Below are positions 36,346 through 48,839 of a DNA stretch of 64,000 nt, in pieces; within the stretch, counting starts at the first letter, position 1; each line of letters opens with the position of its first letter. This DNA is from Octopus vulgaris (Eukaryota). Made by a program: the position numbers and the translations under genes. A model generated the notes under the pieces. The model ran no database searches, was not told the DNA's origin, and worked only from the letters and a program-made list of their open reading frames with translations. Location of the stretch: assembly GCA_951406725.2 (NCBI GenBank), contig OX597814.1, positions 37,014,001-37,078,000 on the forward strand. The letters are read 5' to 3'.

Positions 36346-38600
36346 TCTGTACATTCTTCTTTTTATTTCTTTGTAGAATAGTTTCTGATCTTCTCTGAAT
36401 AACTTATTCTACTGGTATTCCTCCATTCTTTGTTCGTATCTTACGAACTTTGCTTTCTTTACAACGAGACGCTGTTTCAGTTCCCCCATTACCGTTTTCA
36501 GGCCCTTTCTTTCAATATCATACTTCCTGCTTAGTTCCCTGTATTTTCGTTGGCTTTTAAGCTCCTCCTATTTTTCTAATGTCTTTCGAGAGCGCATCTA
36601 ATCCCGCCTGTATTCTTCATTTCAACTATGGATATTTTCTTTGGACACTCCTACTATTTTTATGTTTATTGACATCAACACCCACATTTTCTGCTACAAC
36701 AATACTTGCTGACTTAATCAAAGTGTTTGTTTCTGTGATGCTTTTTTTTTGGGGGGGAGGGGGTCTGATGTATTTCAGAATTTCATTCACATCTTTCGTT
36801 TCTTGGTTAAATTTCCACCGACCAACTGTTTTAAGATTGATGATTAGATTGCTATCACTCTCTTGTAGCCTTGCCTTTATTCTGTCGTAGATTGCCTTTT
36901 GCCCATCTGTCATGCCACCATTAATTTTATTGTCTTCTTCCAGACCATCTATATGTCTCACATCGAGCAAGATATAACTGTTCCTTTCTGCTATGAGATT
37001 ACTTTTATCAGTAGGAACCGTATTTTCATCATTTCCTCTGCTGGTGTTTTCCTATACTCTTCTTTTGACAGCTTCGACCTGTACTTCCGTAAACCAACGA
37101 TTTGTTTCTTATCGCTCTAGCCTGATCACATAATCTCTGTCCTGTGAATTGAAACAATCCTCTTTGGTCATACATACGATGTCGGTGTCCCCTACGTTGA
37201 ACACTATTTTCGTCTACGGAGTCGCTGGGGTAGTTACACTCCATGAGCAGAGTATTGACTTATTTGTTCCATCTATACCGTGTGTACAGTTCCCTTGCTG
37301 GATAACGAGAAGCTTGATTTGTACCAGTATATCTAGCCTGCTTGGTGCAAAACTATCACCATCAATGGCTTCAGTTTCTTTACAACCGTTATTAACCATA
37401 GTATTTCAAATTCCTCTGCTAATGTGTTTCTATCAGTAGTCACTGTCATATCAATTAAAAGGCATGTTTTCATGTCTTAGGTCTTTGATGATGAAGTTTG
37501 ATCTGTTAGCATTTTATTTGCCACCCATGACATCGCCAAATTTGTGTGTCTCTTCTTGCAGTCAGCTAAGATAGTCTTATCGGTTTGTAATTAATCCTTC
37601 GTTTCTCTGCTTTTACGTCTACATCCTATTTGTTATTCTTGTAGTAGGTCGTTCTCATCTAACTACTTATAGATGCTATTTGATATGATGCCTATAATCA
37701 CATCAGTGGCAAACAAGATATTGGGTGGAAATTTCCAACCACATTCCCTTTACGTGGGTCCTTCCGGAATAGTGCCGTTTTTCCTTTTGTCATCCAGGCT
37801 GGTACTTGAATATCACTACTCAGTATTTCGTCCATCTCTTTAGTTTATGTGCTTTAGTTTTCAACCCCTGTTTTAATTCCGCAATCAAAACACCGATTTC
37901 CTTTCTCTCGCTGACTTCATTTCTTTTTTTTCCATTTCTGAATATTAATATGTTTTCCTGGTCTCGTTAATAGACTGCGCTATTTATATTGACATTTACC
38001 TTTCACTTTTACACCTAACTTCAGGGCTATAAAGATCGAAATTACGTTTATCATATTGCTGGTGTCTGTGATGTTGTCAGTCCTGATATCACCAGTGATA
38101 TCATTTATCTTCCTGACCGATTCATTGAGTTTCTTTCTGTCTACTTCCTCATACCCGTTATGAAAACGCTGTTCACCAGAGGTCCAAATATCAATGATTT
38201 CATTTAAAATAGATATCTATTCTTCGGTTCTCTCATCGCTTTCCTTTAATTATACAGCCATAATCTCACTATCTCGATTTTCCTCCTCCCCCTTCCGTTC
38301 ACCGCTAGTCCGTAGGCACCAGTCTCTTAATGCTTTCTAGTTTAACTGGAACAACTATTCATTCCTTCTGATGGCTCTAGCTTTGTCACACAAATCTTGT
38401 TCACTTAATACAAATAGGCCTCTGTAGATCCATGTTCTGTGCATTCGTTTCCTGTATCCCCTAGCGGGCACTTAATTATCATTTCTTGGATTACCCAGAG
38501 AGTAGCACTCCATTACAACCACATTCATTTCTTTCGTCCACCTTCAGTTAGCAGTTACTTGATGACGACTAGGCCCACGCTGCTCACCCGTAGGACACTA
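36346..38600 (-). pseudogene. Two decayed R4/Dong-like remnants inserted into the old Tx1
   Basis: QRLCDQARAI, ITETNTLIKSASIVVAE (N-terminal region); WMTKGKTALFRKDP...NFHPISCLP (RT) in the distal part. Confidence 0.7.
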
Positions 38601-38613
38601 ACCACACCTGAGG

Positions 38614-39270
38614 GTGGGTAATGAAGCTGGTATGGGTGGGGCTCGGATCAATTTAGATCATCAATATTTGGCAACTGTACTCAAAGCAGCCGGCTTCAGT
38701 CCAGTTTTCCGCGGTTGGATCGTTGCTTTGTACAGCGGAATCCGCTCGGTTGTTCGGGTTAATGGTTATCTTTTCAAACCATTCAGCATTTTGCGTTCGG
38801 TCCGTCAAAGGCGCTGTCTCTTCTCCCTTCAGTATGCACTGAGTCTTCAGCCATTGTTACGTAAGTTAGGGGTTTTGAGGGGTGTCCCGCGTGATCTAGT
38901 ATGTGGGAGAAGTATGTCTACTTACGCTTACGATGGCACCGTCATAGTGTCAAGTTATAGGGATGTAGACCCGATTGGCCACACACTACAAGAATATGAA
39001 GCGGTGACCGGAGCAAAAATTAACGCAGTAAAGTCAGTGGGCTTGCAACTCCGCACTTGGAGAGGCAAGTTCATGCAGTCCAACAGTGGTGTCGGGCACT
39101 GGAAAGGCAGTCCGGTTAAATTGCTCGGAATCTGGTTTGTTTCAGACCTACAAAGTAATGTGGCCAATCTCACCTACAGATGGTCCGAGACGAAGCTGTC
39201 CCTGAAAGGGTCAGCGTAGGTGCCGAATGCATACATCGCATACGGAATCTATTACCACTTTACCATCCCC
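38614..39270 (+). pseudogene. Old Tx1-like RT fragment (continuation of 34200-36345)
   Basis: GMGGARINLD..YLATVLKAAGF.PVFRGWI..LYSGIRSVVRVNG...YEAVTGAKIN..KSVGL...KLSLKG, highly similar to ORF 11161-14610 but with degenerate YAYD. Confidence 0.9.
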
Positions 39271-39277
39271 CTTCCCC

Positions 39278-39367
<90 letters not shown>

Positions 39368-40060
39368 CATTATTATTATTATTACATTTGTGCATGCTAA
39401 TGTAGTTAGCAGGTATTCTATCTTGATATTTATCAAGATTATGTTTTAGGATTTTTGCAGAATATAGGATGGTAAGTTTGTGCAAGTCGAACATGCAAGT
39501 TTCAATTCCATACACCTATCCTGTAGGCAGCATTTTGTGCATAAATTACTACAGAAATAATTGTTGTCTTGGTCTTCCACAGTCTCCTTAGCTCTCTGAG
39601 TGTCAGATATAACGTAGCATATGTAGTTCATAATCTAATTCTTCAGTATAAGAAATTTAAGGATCCTTGAATGATCGAAGTGTCTCGGTAGGAAACTTGA
39701 ATCTAATAAAAAGCCACCAAAAGCCGACTTGATTGCTGTAGTGCTCCTTATATCGTTTGCAGAAGTCTCAAATGGGGCATATTTACACAGTAAAGGCAAT
39801 GGTGGTTGTTGATTTAACGAAAGATCTCCGAGAAGACTAAACTGCCTGTGTGTGACGAGTTTCATCTTTAAAATGACAGAAATAAGTAAATAAACATTAA
39901 CTTCAATCAATATCAAGTTGCACAAATTGGTACAGTAGAAACATCCGCAATACAAACTGTGCTCCTTATTTACATAGTAACTATTCGAAATAGTATCATA
40001 ATAGGGATTTGCGCATGGATATCTAGAAAACATTTTCCGTTAACTCGCGTTTATGATATA

Positions 40061-40442
40061 CTAGCAGTATCGCCCGGCGTTGCTCGGGTTTGTAAGGGAA
40101 ATAACTATAAAGCATTTTTAGAGAGTTATAGCCAAAGAATAGCAAAAAAATGGAAAAAAAATTATGGTAAATTTTTTTGGAGAGTTAAAATGGTCAAGTT
40201 GCGTCCCCTAGACAGTCTGTGGTTTGTATTTCTGATTCTCGACCCCATGTCGAATTTATCGATTTTTTTCAGAACTGGGGGAACTTTTCAAAATTTTCGC
40301 TGCGTTAGTTTTGAATTACGACATTGGGCTATGTGTTTGTCAAGTTTCATCAGAATCGGTTGAAAGCCGTGGTCAGGGTGAGGGTACAACCTAACAGACA
40401 CACAAATACGCAGACAGGCAAACTGCCGTTTATATATAGAGA
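40061..40442 (-). mobile_element. Non-autonomous Helitron-type element
   Basis: Minus strand A|TC...hairpin cccgagcaacgccggg (40073-40088)...CTAG|T: canonical Helitron ends and AT insertion site. Confidence 0.75.
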
Positions 40443-41649
40443 TATATATTTAAAAAAGAAACAGTTGTGGAACTAGGAACAGCGACAAAGCATGAGTTCG
40501 ATGGACAAGGTATTAAATATTATGGGGAAAACATCTAGAAAATAAACTTTATTCGACAAAATATATATTAAGGTCTATAGATTAACTTACTGTTTTAGGT
40601 GCAGATTCGTATTTTTATGTTTAATGATCTGGACGTGTAATTTAGCAGCCAAATCATATGATAGTAACTTATTAGAGAAAGCATGAACATTTAGTTTCAG
40701 AAATTATAGCTGCGCACATTAAAATCTGCTTAGTGTTATCATTCTTGTTTTTGTTAATTCATCTCATTAATGCTGACAAATGTTATTAATTCATCACAGG
40801 CGGAACGAACTTGTGATTATAAGATACAGAACCCGAGCTTTGTAGTAGTTTTATCAGTGTCTTTTACGTTCGGTTACTCCTATGGTTTATATTTTATCGT
40901 TAACATTTCATTGTGGAAAAATATGTATAAAATCCTAAATTGAATTCTGGAAACGTGAAACATATGTTAATATTGAAGAAGATCAATGGCAACATATCTC
41001 TAAAGGAAAGATTGAGGAAATATGGCAAATTGTAGAACAATAACCAGACTAGGAATTTGATATGTTTAGGGAAAATGTAATAACTACTTGTATGTTATTG
41101 GTTTCTAGTGATCTTCATGTGATATACGAATTAAATTCTGGTATATCGAAAATTCGTTTCTGAAAATTGGATTCATATTCAAATAACATTTTCCCCGTCA
41201 ATTATCTCAGAACTGTGAAATATGATATAATTCTGAAAAGCTGAAAGGCTAAGTTACCTTTCGATAATGCGATATTACACTCGAGTATTAAAACAAATGT
41301 TATTCTACAAATCAGAGGCCATTTTCTATATGCAGATTCCATGCATATCATATTCGCATATAGCGCTAACACACACAAACAGGAACTCACACATGTGTTG
41401 AGAAACTTACATTCATATACAAGCATAAATGTTAGAACAGATACGTGTGTGGTCCAATGGAAAATTGTGGGTAGGTTTATTTGTTTATTTTTTTATATTC
41501 TTTCTATATGCTGAAAATTACTAAGGGATACAAGCAGAACGATAATTCAAGGGTAAAATATAGTGGCTGGTAGGAACATTACTGTGCCACTTATTCACAT
41601 TATCAGTGAGATATCAACATAAGAGGCTAATATATATATATATATATAT

Positions 41650-42020
41650 ACCTTCCTGTGTCTTAGAAATATTGTATCCCTGCCGTAACGCTTTACTTAC
41701 ACAGAAGCTAGCTTAATTTAGTTCGTCCTTAGTGGAGAGAGACCTGTTGTTATGTCCTCTTATTTGTATTTGTGTAACATTCTCCGTTCTTTTTCCGTCC
41801 TTGTTTTCGTATACATTGGCCGCTTTTTTCCAAGGAATCTAATGTTTCTTAGGTTAGTTTTTCCTTGGAGCTGGCCAGATTGGAGCAATCCCGAGTATAA
41901 CCAGCCGAAATTGCAAAGATAATCTGGACCTGACTGAGGAAAGAAAACTCCGATGGACCCGTCCTTGTTTTCTTTATATCGTCTATCTGGATGTTTTGCG
42001 TTCTTGTCCCATTTAGTATT
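41650..42020 (+). mobile_element. (TA)n-flanked non-autonomous repeat, homologous to 62165-62590 (-)
   Basis: Shared blocks cctgttgttat...atttgtatt...ttctcc...aatctaatg...ccag...ctgga...gacccgtc. Confidence 0.65.
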
Positions 42021-42237
42021 TATATATATATATATTTATTTAGTTATATATACATACATATGTATATATATATATGTGTATGTATGTATGTTTGTATGTA
42101 TATATATATATATATATATATATTTGATCACGTGACCGACCAGTCCATAAGATGTAGCTACACATCGCTGGTCACAATGCGTTCGCATTGTTTTAGCCTT
42201 CGAATGACGCCACCTCGCTGGCTAAGCGAGAAGGCCA

Positions 42238-42274
<37 letters not shown>

Positions 42275-42278
<4 letters not shown>

Positions 42279-42484
42279 ATCCAAACAAGAAAGCACAAAA
42301 AAACACAACAACGTGAGGACGTGGAACAAATATAGTATTATTGGAAGCTCAGAAAAGAAGGAAAGAAGGAGGTTTTAACGTTTCGAGCGGAGCTCTTCGT
42401 CGGAAACATAGGAGAAGGAAAGATCCGGAGAAGGGAAGACAGAGGAAAAAAATTGCAACGGTACACACGCGGTCTCATTTTGAA

Positions 42485-42485
<1 letters not shown>
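42275..42485 (-). mobile_element. Second copy of the hammerhead-bearing module
   Basis: Reverse-complement homolog of 3505-3722. Confidence 0.7.
42372..42407 (-). ncRNA. Minimal hammerhead ribozyme variant (CCGACGA core)
   Basis: gttt-CCGACGA-a-gagc(tcc)gctc-GAAAC-gt-TA-aaac; stems I and II intact, AACGTT palindrome. Confidence 0.65.
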
Positions 42486-42541
<56 letters not shown>

Positions 42542-45386
42542 AGAGAGTGAGAGAGAGAGAGATACAGACAGACAGACAGAGATTCATCATAAATATTCAC
42601 GTATTAACAACTGTTGTCAAACTTTTCTACTTTTGTATCAAAAGTGTCAATGGGATATTAACTGTATCATTATTACATTTCGAATAATATTCACATGTGG
42701 CGTTCATGGTTTATTTACCATCATTAATTATATAAAATTTAGAAGATTTACAACTTAATTGAATACTCTCCTGGGTGTTTGACTTGTTAACGTCAGGCCT
42801 TCGCTCCAATAGCAATTATTTTTACAGTCTTCAGAAATTTGGTAGCATTATATGCTATTTTTAGAAACCCAACATATATGTTAATGATACTTTAAAAGGC
42901 AGACACTGAGAAAGCAATTAGGGATCTGAGTATGCAAAAGCTCATAATTGCGAATAAATCCACATGCCATCAGTGGAATAGGATGTTGACGTTTGATGAC
43001 TAATATATCGTTTGAGAGAACAAAGTTTTCATATGTTGATAAATCTATTGATTTAGACGAAACGCCGGTCTTGAACCGTATTCTTCTCCTTTCCAAAACC
43101 TTGAGCGTATTAGAGCTCATGAAATTTACTTTCTATGTTGTAACCACAGTGAAATTAATAATACTAAAACCGTGCCGTATTCTCACCTGACACTATCCTC
43201 CAGTTTATGTGATTCTCCAAAATTAAATGCTAAAAGTTTTTTCTCCAATAAAATTATTTGCAATAAATAGCAAAACATTGTTCTTATAATCACGAAAAAA
43301 TTTTGAATAACTACTCTCTTGTGTCTGTTGGGGTAGTAACACTGTAGAAGCAGGACTAGAGTAACTAAAATTTGTAATCTACTTTGCCGAAAATGCTGGC
43401 TCAAAATTCTGTCAAAAAATGAATACAGACATGAAGAAGGAGGATTAGGGAAAGTAACTAAAATTTGAAATCTTTGCTGTTTGCAGTAATCGGTTCCGAA
43501 AATACTGCCGCGAAACTCAGCGACAAAATGAATTCAGACCTGAAATCGAAATCGTGTCTTTGTAAAGTAGTATGATGGTGATAATTTCAAGTAATCGCTA
43601 ATTTTCAATCATTTTCTCCGGACCATTCTGCCACACACGTCGGATAGCAATGTGTCTAGCCGTTTTATTATCATAAGTGCACTGTACCCTGGTGATAATC
43701 AGAAGTTTAAATTAAGAATTTCTTACAATGAGTAATATGTAGCTTGATTAAATTTTGGATACCGACAATTGTGGATATGTCAGTGTTTTAACCTTCAAAT
43801 GAACCTATTCTTTGGATTTCAGTTTCCGTGTAAGTTCTAGGGTTGAGATGATAGTGTTAATAGTAGCATGCAATAAGAAATCAGCATTTCTTAACCATTG
43901 AAATGTCTGGGAATGAATAAGGAACATAAGAAATATATTCTTGATTTATAAATTTGGTTCAGAGTGATGGACAATTGTGGAAACTTTATGCATGTGTTCC
44001 AGGCTGATGATTCCTCAAAACCGGGAGGAATATGTCTGTGACTATCGCAATTTATCAGATATAAGACGGATCTTAAAACTATCAACTTGCCTTTACTATT
44101 CCAAATCTTTTCTGAAATCGCTTGCAGAATTTAGCAATAATTGAGAATAGCAAATACCGGAATTATCTGTAAAATATATACGAAAGCAAAGAAAAAGAAA
44201 CGAAATAAAGAAATAATCATTAACAAAACATCTCTATCACTATTTCCCCCCTTTTCTATTGATTTAGTTCCGCGTTCGGTATAAACTATATGATTCAAGT
44301 CTGAGAATTTAACATCATTTTCTGACAGAGAATTTAATTATAAGTTACGGTCACAATATCAAAAACTTGCTACTGACATCTCTCGACTTTGGTTCAGTTA
44401 AGTGTTTTATTCTCTAAATTGCCAAATTTAGAGTAAAGACTGCCAAATGTTTTAATGCAAGTACTAAAATAGAAGTCCAACTTCATTATCATTTACTGAT
44501 TTATTTTTTATCTTATACATCACTTATTTTATATCATTTCTATTTTTATGTGTTTTTTAAACATTTCCATGATCTTTCTCTCTGCCCCTTCTTTTACTGT
44601 TTTGTCTTCTTCTTTCCCGATACTAAAATACAAACGTGCGCGCACACGTACACAGAAATGTGTGCGTATGTGTCTTATGTAAGTGTGTGAGGATTTGTAT
44701 TGCAAGCGCATATGTATAGTATTGACTATTGTTGACAGATAAGGAAAATGTACTTAGCAACCAATCAAATTCCATTGTTTTGGATATAAATGCCATTACA
44801 AAGGAGGAGAATCAGAGGAAGCTGTCTCCTAATTAGAATCTTAATGCGGATTCAGAGTGTTAATTTTGAGACCCAGGGTTAAAACAATCTAATTCAAAAA
44901 AAGCCAAAAACAGAATTTGAAATGGTTCGGTTCTAATGTTATCGACCTTAACGTGATATGAATTATGTCGTCTACCATCTAAATCACAATTAAGAAAACC
45001 AATAAAATTCCACCAATCACTTCCTACCTTCGGGCTCATCAATGCTATAATCAAATAATCAAATCCAACGCATTATAACACACGCACACACAGGATATTA
45101 TTACACACACACGCGTAAATATACATACACACACACACACATATATATATATCTATATATACACAGGGAGAAAGAGAGAGAAATACATAGATAAAGACAT
45201 ATATATATATATATATGTGTGTGTGTGCATTATATATGTACATATATATCTCTACACATACATATACATATATATTTTACATACATATACGCGCACACGC
45301 ACACACAAACACACAAACACAAACGCAAGCACACCCTCTATAGAGAAATTTTAGAGCTTATATGTACATATGTATGTATGTATATA

Positions 45387-45778
45387 GGGACCTAGTATAT
45401 ACATGCGAGGTAAGATCAGGCCCTGACGATAAAAGAAAATCCTACATGGGAATGACGTCAAACAGCTTTAAGACCCGTTGGTACGCACACACACACTCGT
45501 TCCGGCGACAGGATAAATCCAACCAAACTACCCTCGCCGCCCACATCTGGTACCTTAAAAGGAACTCCATCCCCTTCAAGACCAAGTGGAAACTACTACA
45601 GAAGGCGCGCTCGTACACAGGAGGCCATACCTGCTGTGACCTCTGCATATCGGAGAGCCTAGAGATCTTGTTCGCCAAAGGCCCTCTCCTTAACAAGATC
45701 TCAGAACACTCCCCAAATTGTATGCATAAGAAGTATGCGAACTACAAGAACTATAGACCTACCCGGCAACCAGATTGA
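45387..45778 (+). pseudogene. 5'-truncated PLE GIY-YIG endonuclease of a different (possibly Nematis-like) lineage
   Basis: LVYTCEV...SYMGMT..FKTRWYAH..SF...TTLAAHIWYLK...KWK.L......Y.....CDLC..E...I....LLNK..E....CMH; begins within (TA/TG)n. Confidence 0.8.
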
Positions 45779-45859
45779 TGACACCCCACCCACAAAACCC
45801 CCCCAATCCCACCGTTCCCCTAGCACCCCCGATTACCTTTTCTCCTAAGACCTTTCACA

Positions 45860-46023
45860 TATTGTATGTGCACGCTTGTATATGTGTATTGTATATATGT
45901 ATAGAAATGTATGGGTATAGTAGGATTATACGCATGTATTATGTGTGTGTGTGTGTGTATGTATGTAAAAAAATATATATATGTGTATGTATATGTATGT
46001 ATGTATATATATGTATATATATG

Positions 46024-46068
<45 letters not shown>

Positions 46069-46104
46069 ATATGTGTATATATGTATATATATATATGTAT
46101 GTGC

Positions 46105-46137
<33 letters not shown>

Positions 46138-46512
46138 TAGATGTATGTATATATGTATATATGTGTGTATGCATATGTATGTGTATATGTATGTGTGTAT
46201 GTATGTGTATGTATGTATAAAATATTATATAATTAGGGCTTAGTAAAATAAATTACTTTGCCACATACTGAACTTTCTAGAAATAGCAGCTAATAAAGTT
46301 TTTTAGCCTCTTCCACTACTTAGAGAATATTTTCCCTCAGACATTGTTTACTCATAAAAATAATGGTCCTTTTACAACTGAATACTTGGTGAAATTGATT
46401 AATAACTAATTAACTTTACCCTCAATTGTTGATATATGTATGTGTGTGTATATATATATGTGTGTGTATGTGTATATGTACATGTATGTATATGTGTATG
46501 TATGTATGTATG

Positions 46513-46601
<89 letters not shown>

Positions 46602-47006
46602 ATATATATATATATACATATATGTATGTGTGTGTATATGTGTATTATGTGTGTATATGTTTATATATATATGTATGTGTATATGTATATGTATGTTTGT
46701 GTGTATATGTATATATGTGTATATATATGAGTGTACGCGAGTATGTCGATGTATATGTAGGTATGTAGAGTTATGTGTATGTGCAGGTATGTGAGTGTAG
46801 ATACAAATTGTAGATGTGTATATATATGTATGTGTATGTATGCATGTGTGTAGGTATATGTATGTATGTGCGTGTATATGTATATATATATATGCATATA
46901 TGTATATATATATATATGTATATGCGAGTATGTAGAGATATAAGTATGTGCATGTGTATATATATGTGTGTATATATATGTATGGGTATGTGTTTGTGTA
47001 TGTATG

Positions 47007-47047
<41 letters not shown>

Positions 47048-47220
47048 ATGTATGCATATACGTATGTATGTATGTATGTACATGTGTATATATATGTGTG
47101 TAAGTGTGTGTATATATGTAAATGTAAGTGTGTGTGCCTGTATGAGAATGTATGTATGTTTGCACACATGTATATATGTGTGTGTATGTGTATGTGTATG
47201 TATATATATGTATATGTATA

Positions 47221-47264
<44 letters not shown>
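45860..47264. repeat. Cryptic (TA/TG/TATG)n simple-repeat domain with a unique island at 46230-46430
   Basis: Direct reading. Confidence 0.9.
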
Positions 47265-47269
<5 letters not shown>

Positions 47270-47512
47270 GAAGGTTTGGAGATGATGTACAGGTATTATA
47301 TATTAGAAAAATTGAGGTAATCAGATCAGATGGTTCATATTTGTAGATATTTATTTATATATTACATTTTTTACATATATATCATATCATTCGGATTAGC
47401 GCTTGCTCCCATTCTAGTGGGTTTTCAAATCAAATCAGTTGTGGGTAGTTTGAACCTTTTTATAGTTTCGTAGTAGTGGGTGAGGAGGAAGTGAGACAGA
47501 GAGAAAATATGT

Positions 47513-47578
<66 letters not shown>

Positions 47579-47785
47579 ATTTATATCTGAGAGTGAAGAA
47601 GTGTTATTTCCGTTGGTCTGCTGGACCCCCTGTGGTTTTATAAGAACTTTGGCTGTCCATTTCAATGTCACTGAGTGTGTGTTGTGCATAGGTTGGCCTG
47701 GCAAATGTCATTTGGGGTCACACTTTCTATGATCATTCTGTGGAGGTGTGTGTGTGTGTGTGTCTGTGTGTGTGTCTGTGTGTGT
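47265..47785 (-). repeat. Inverted partial pseudo-LTR
   Basis: Near-perfect reverse complement of ~48290-48811. Confidence 0.93.
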
Positions 47786-48235
47786 ATTGCCTGTTATATA
47801 CATCATATTATATTATTATCTTTATAATTCACTTCCATCTTTACCCTTTAATTGTCACTTTAATTTTAACTTTCCTATGACATACAACTTTCAAGATGGT
47901 ATAATTTGGTTGTTCATTTTGAACCGATAAAAAGGTTTTTTCAAATATTTTATGTATAAGTCTGTGTGTGTGTATATATATGTGTTGGTATAAATATCAA
48001 CACACAAAAATATTTTTTCTTCTCCACTTCCTCCCTTATTTTTATTTTTTTTTTTTATTTTTATTTTTTTATTTTTTATTCTTTATATTTTTATTTATTC
48101 TTTATATTTTTTTATTTTATTTTTTATTTTTTGTTTTTATTTTATTTTTTTAATTTTTTAATTTTTTATTTTTATTATTATTATTTTTATTTTCCCTTTT
48201 CTCTTTTTGTCTCTCTCCCCTTCTCCAAACACACA

Positions 48236-48283
<48 letters not shown>

Positions 48284-48491
48284 AAAACACACACAGACAC
48301 ACAGAGACACACACACACACACACCTCCACAGAATGATCATAGAAAGTGTGACCCCAAATGACATTTGCCAGGCCAACCTATGCACAACACACACTCAGT
48401 GACATTGAAATGGACAGCCAAAGTTCTTATAAAACCACAGGGGGTCCAGCAGACCAACGGAAATAACACTTCTTCACTCTCAGATATAAAT

Positions 48492-48563
<72 letters not shown>

Positions 48564-48779
48564 ACATATTTTCTCTCTGTCTCACTTCCTCCTCACCCAC
48601 TACTACGAAACTATAAAAAGGTTCAAACTACCCACAACTGATTTGATTTGAAAACCCACTAGAATGGGAGCAAGCGCTAATCCGAATGATATGATATATA
48701 TGTAAAAAATGTAATATATAAATAAATATCTACAAATATGAACCATCTGATCTGATTACCTCAATTTTTCTAATATATA
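47779..48779 (+). repeat. 5' pseudo-LTR (direct repeat)
   Basis: Nearly identical to 52731-53736 apart from microsatellite lengths. Confidence 0.95.
48645..48682 (+). ncRNA. Atypical hammerhead-like motif in the pLTR (copies at 53602-53639 + and 47394-47431 -)
   Basis: gat-TTGAAAA-ccca(ctagaa)tggg-aGCAA-gcgc-TA-atc; palindromic AGCGCT stem III, but GAAA is replaced by aGCAA. Confidence 0.45.
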
Positions 48780-48839
48780 ATACCTGTACATCATCTCCAA
48801 ACCTTCCGATACATATATTTGGATGTACATGACATCAGA

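Noticed and set aside
42760-44130. Non-repetitive stretch with short ORFs and a weak internal duplication (~43360/43455)
   Set aside because: ORFs are short and lack motifs; cannot distinguish host exon, decayed transposon or intron.
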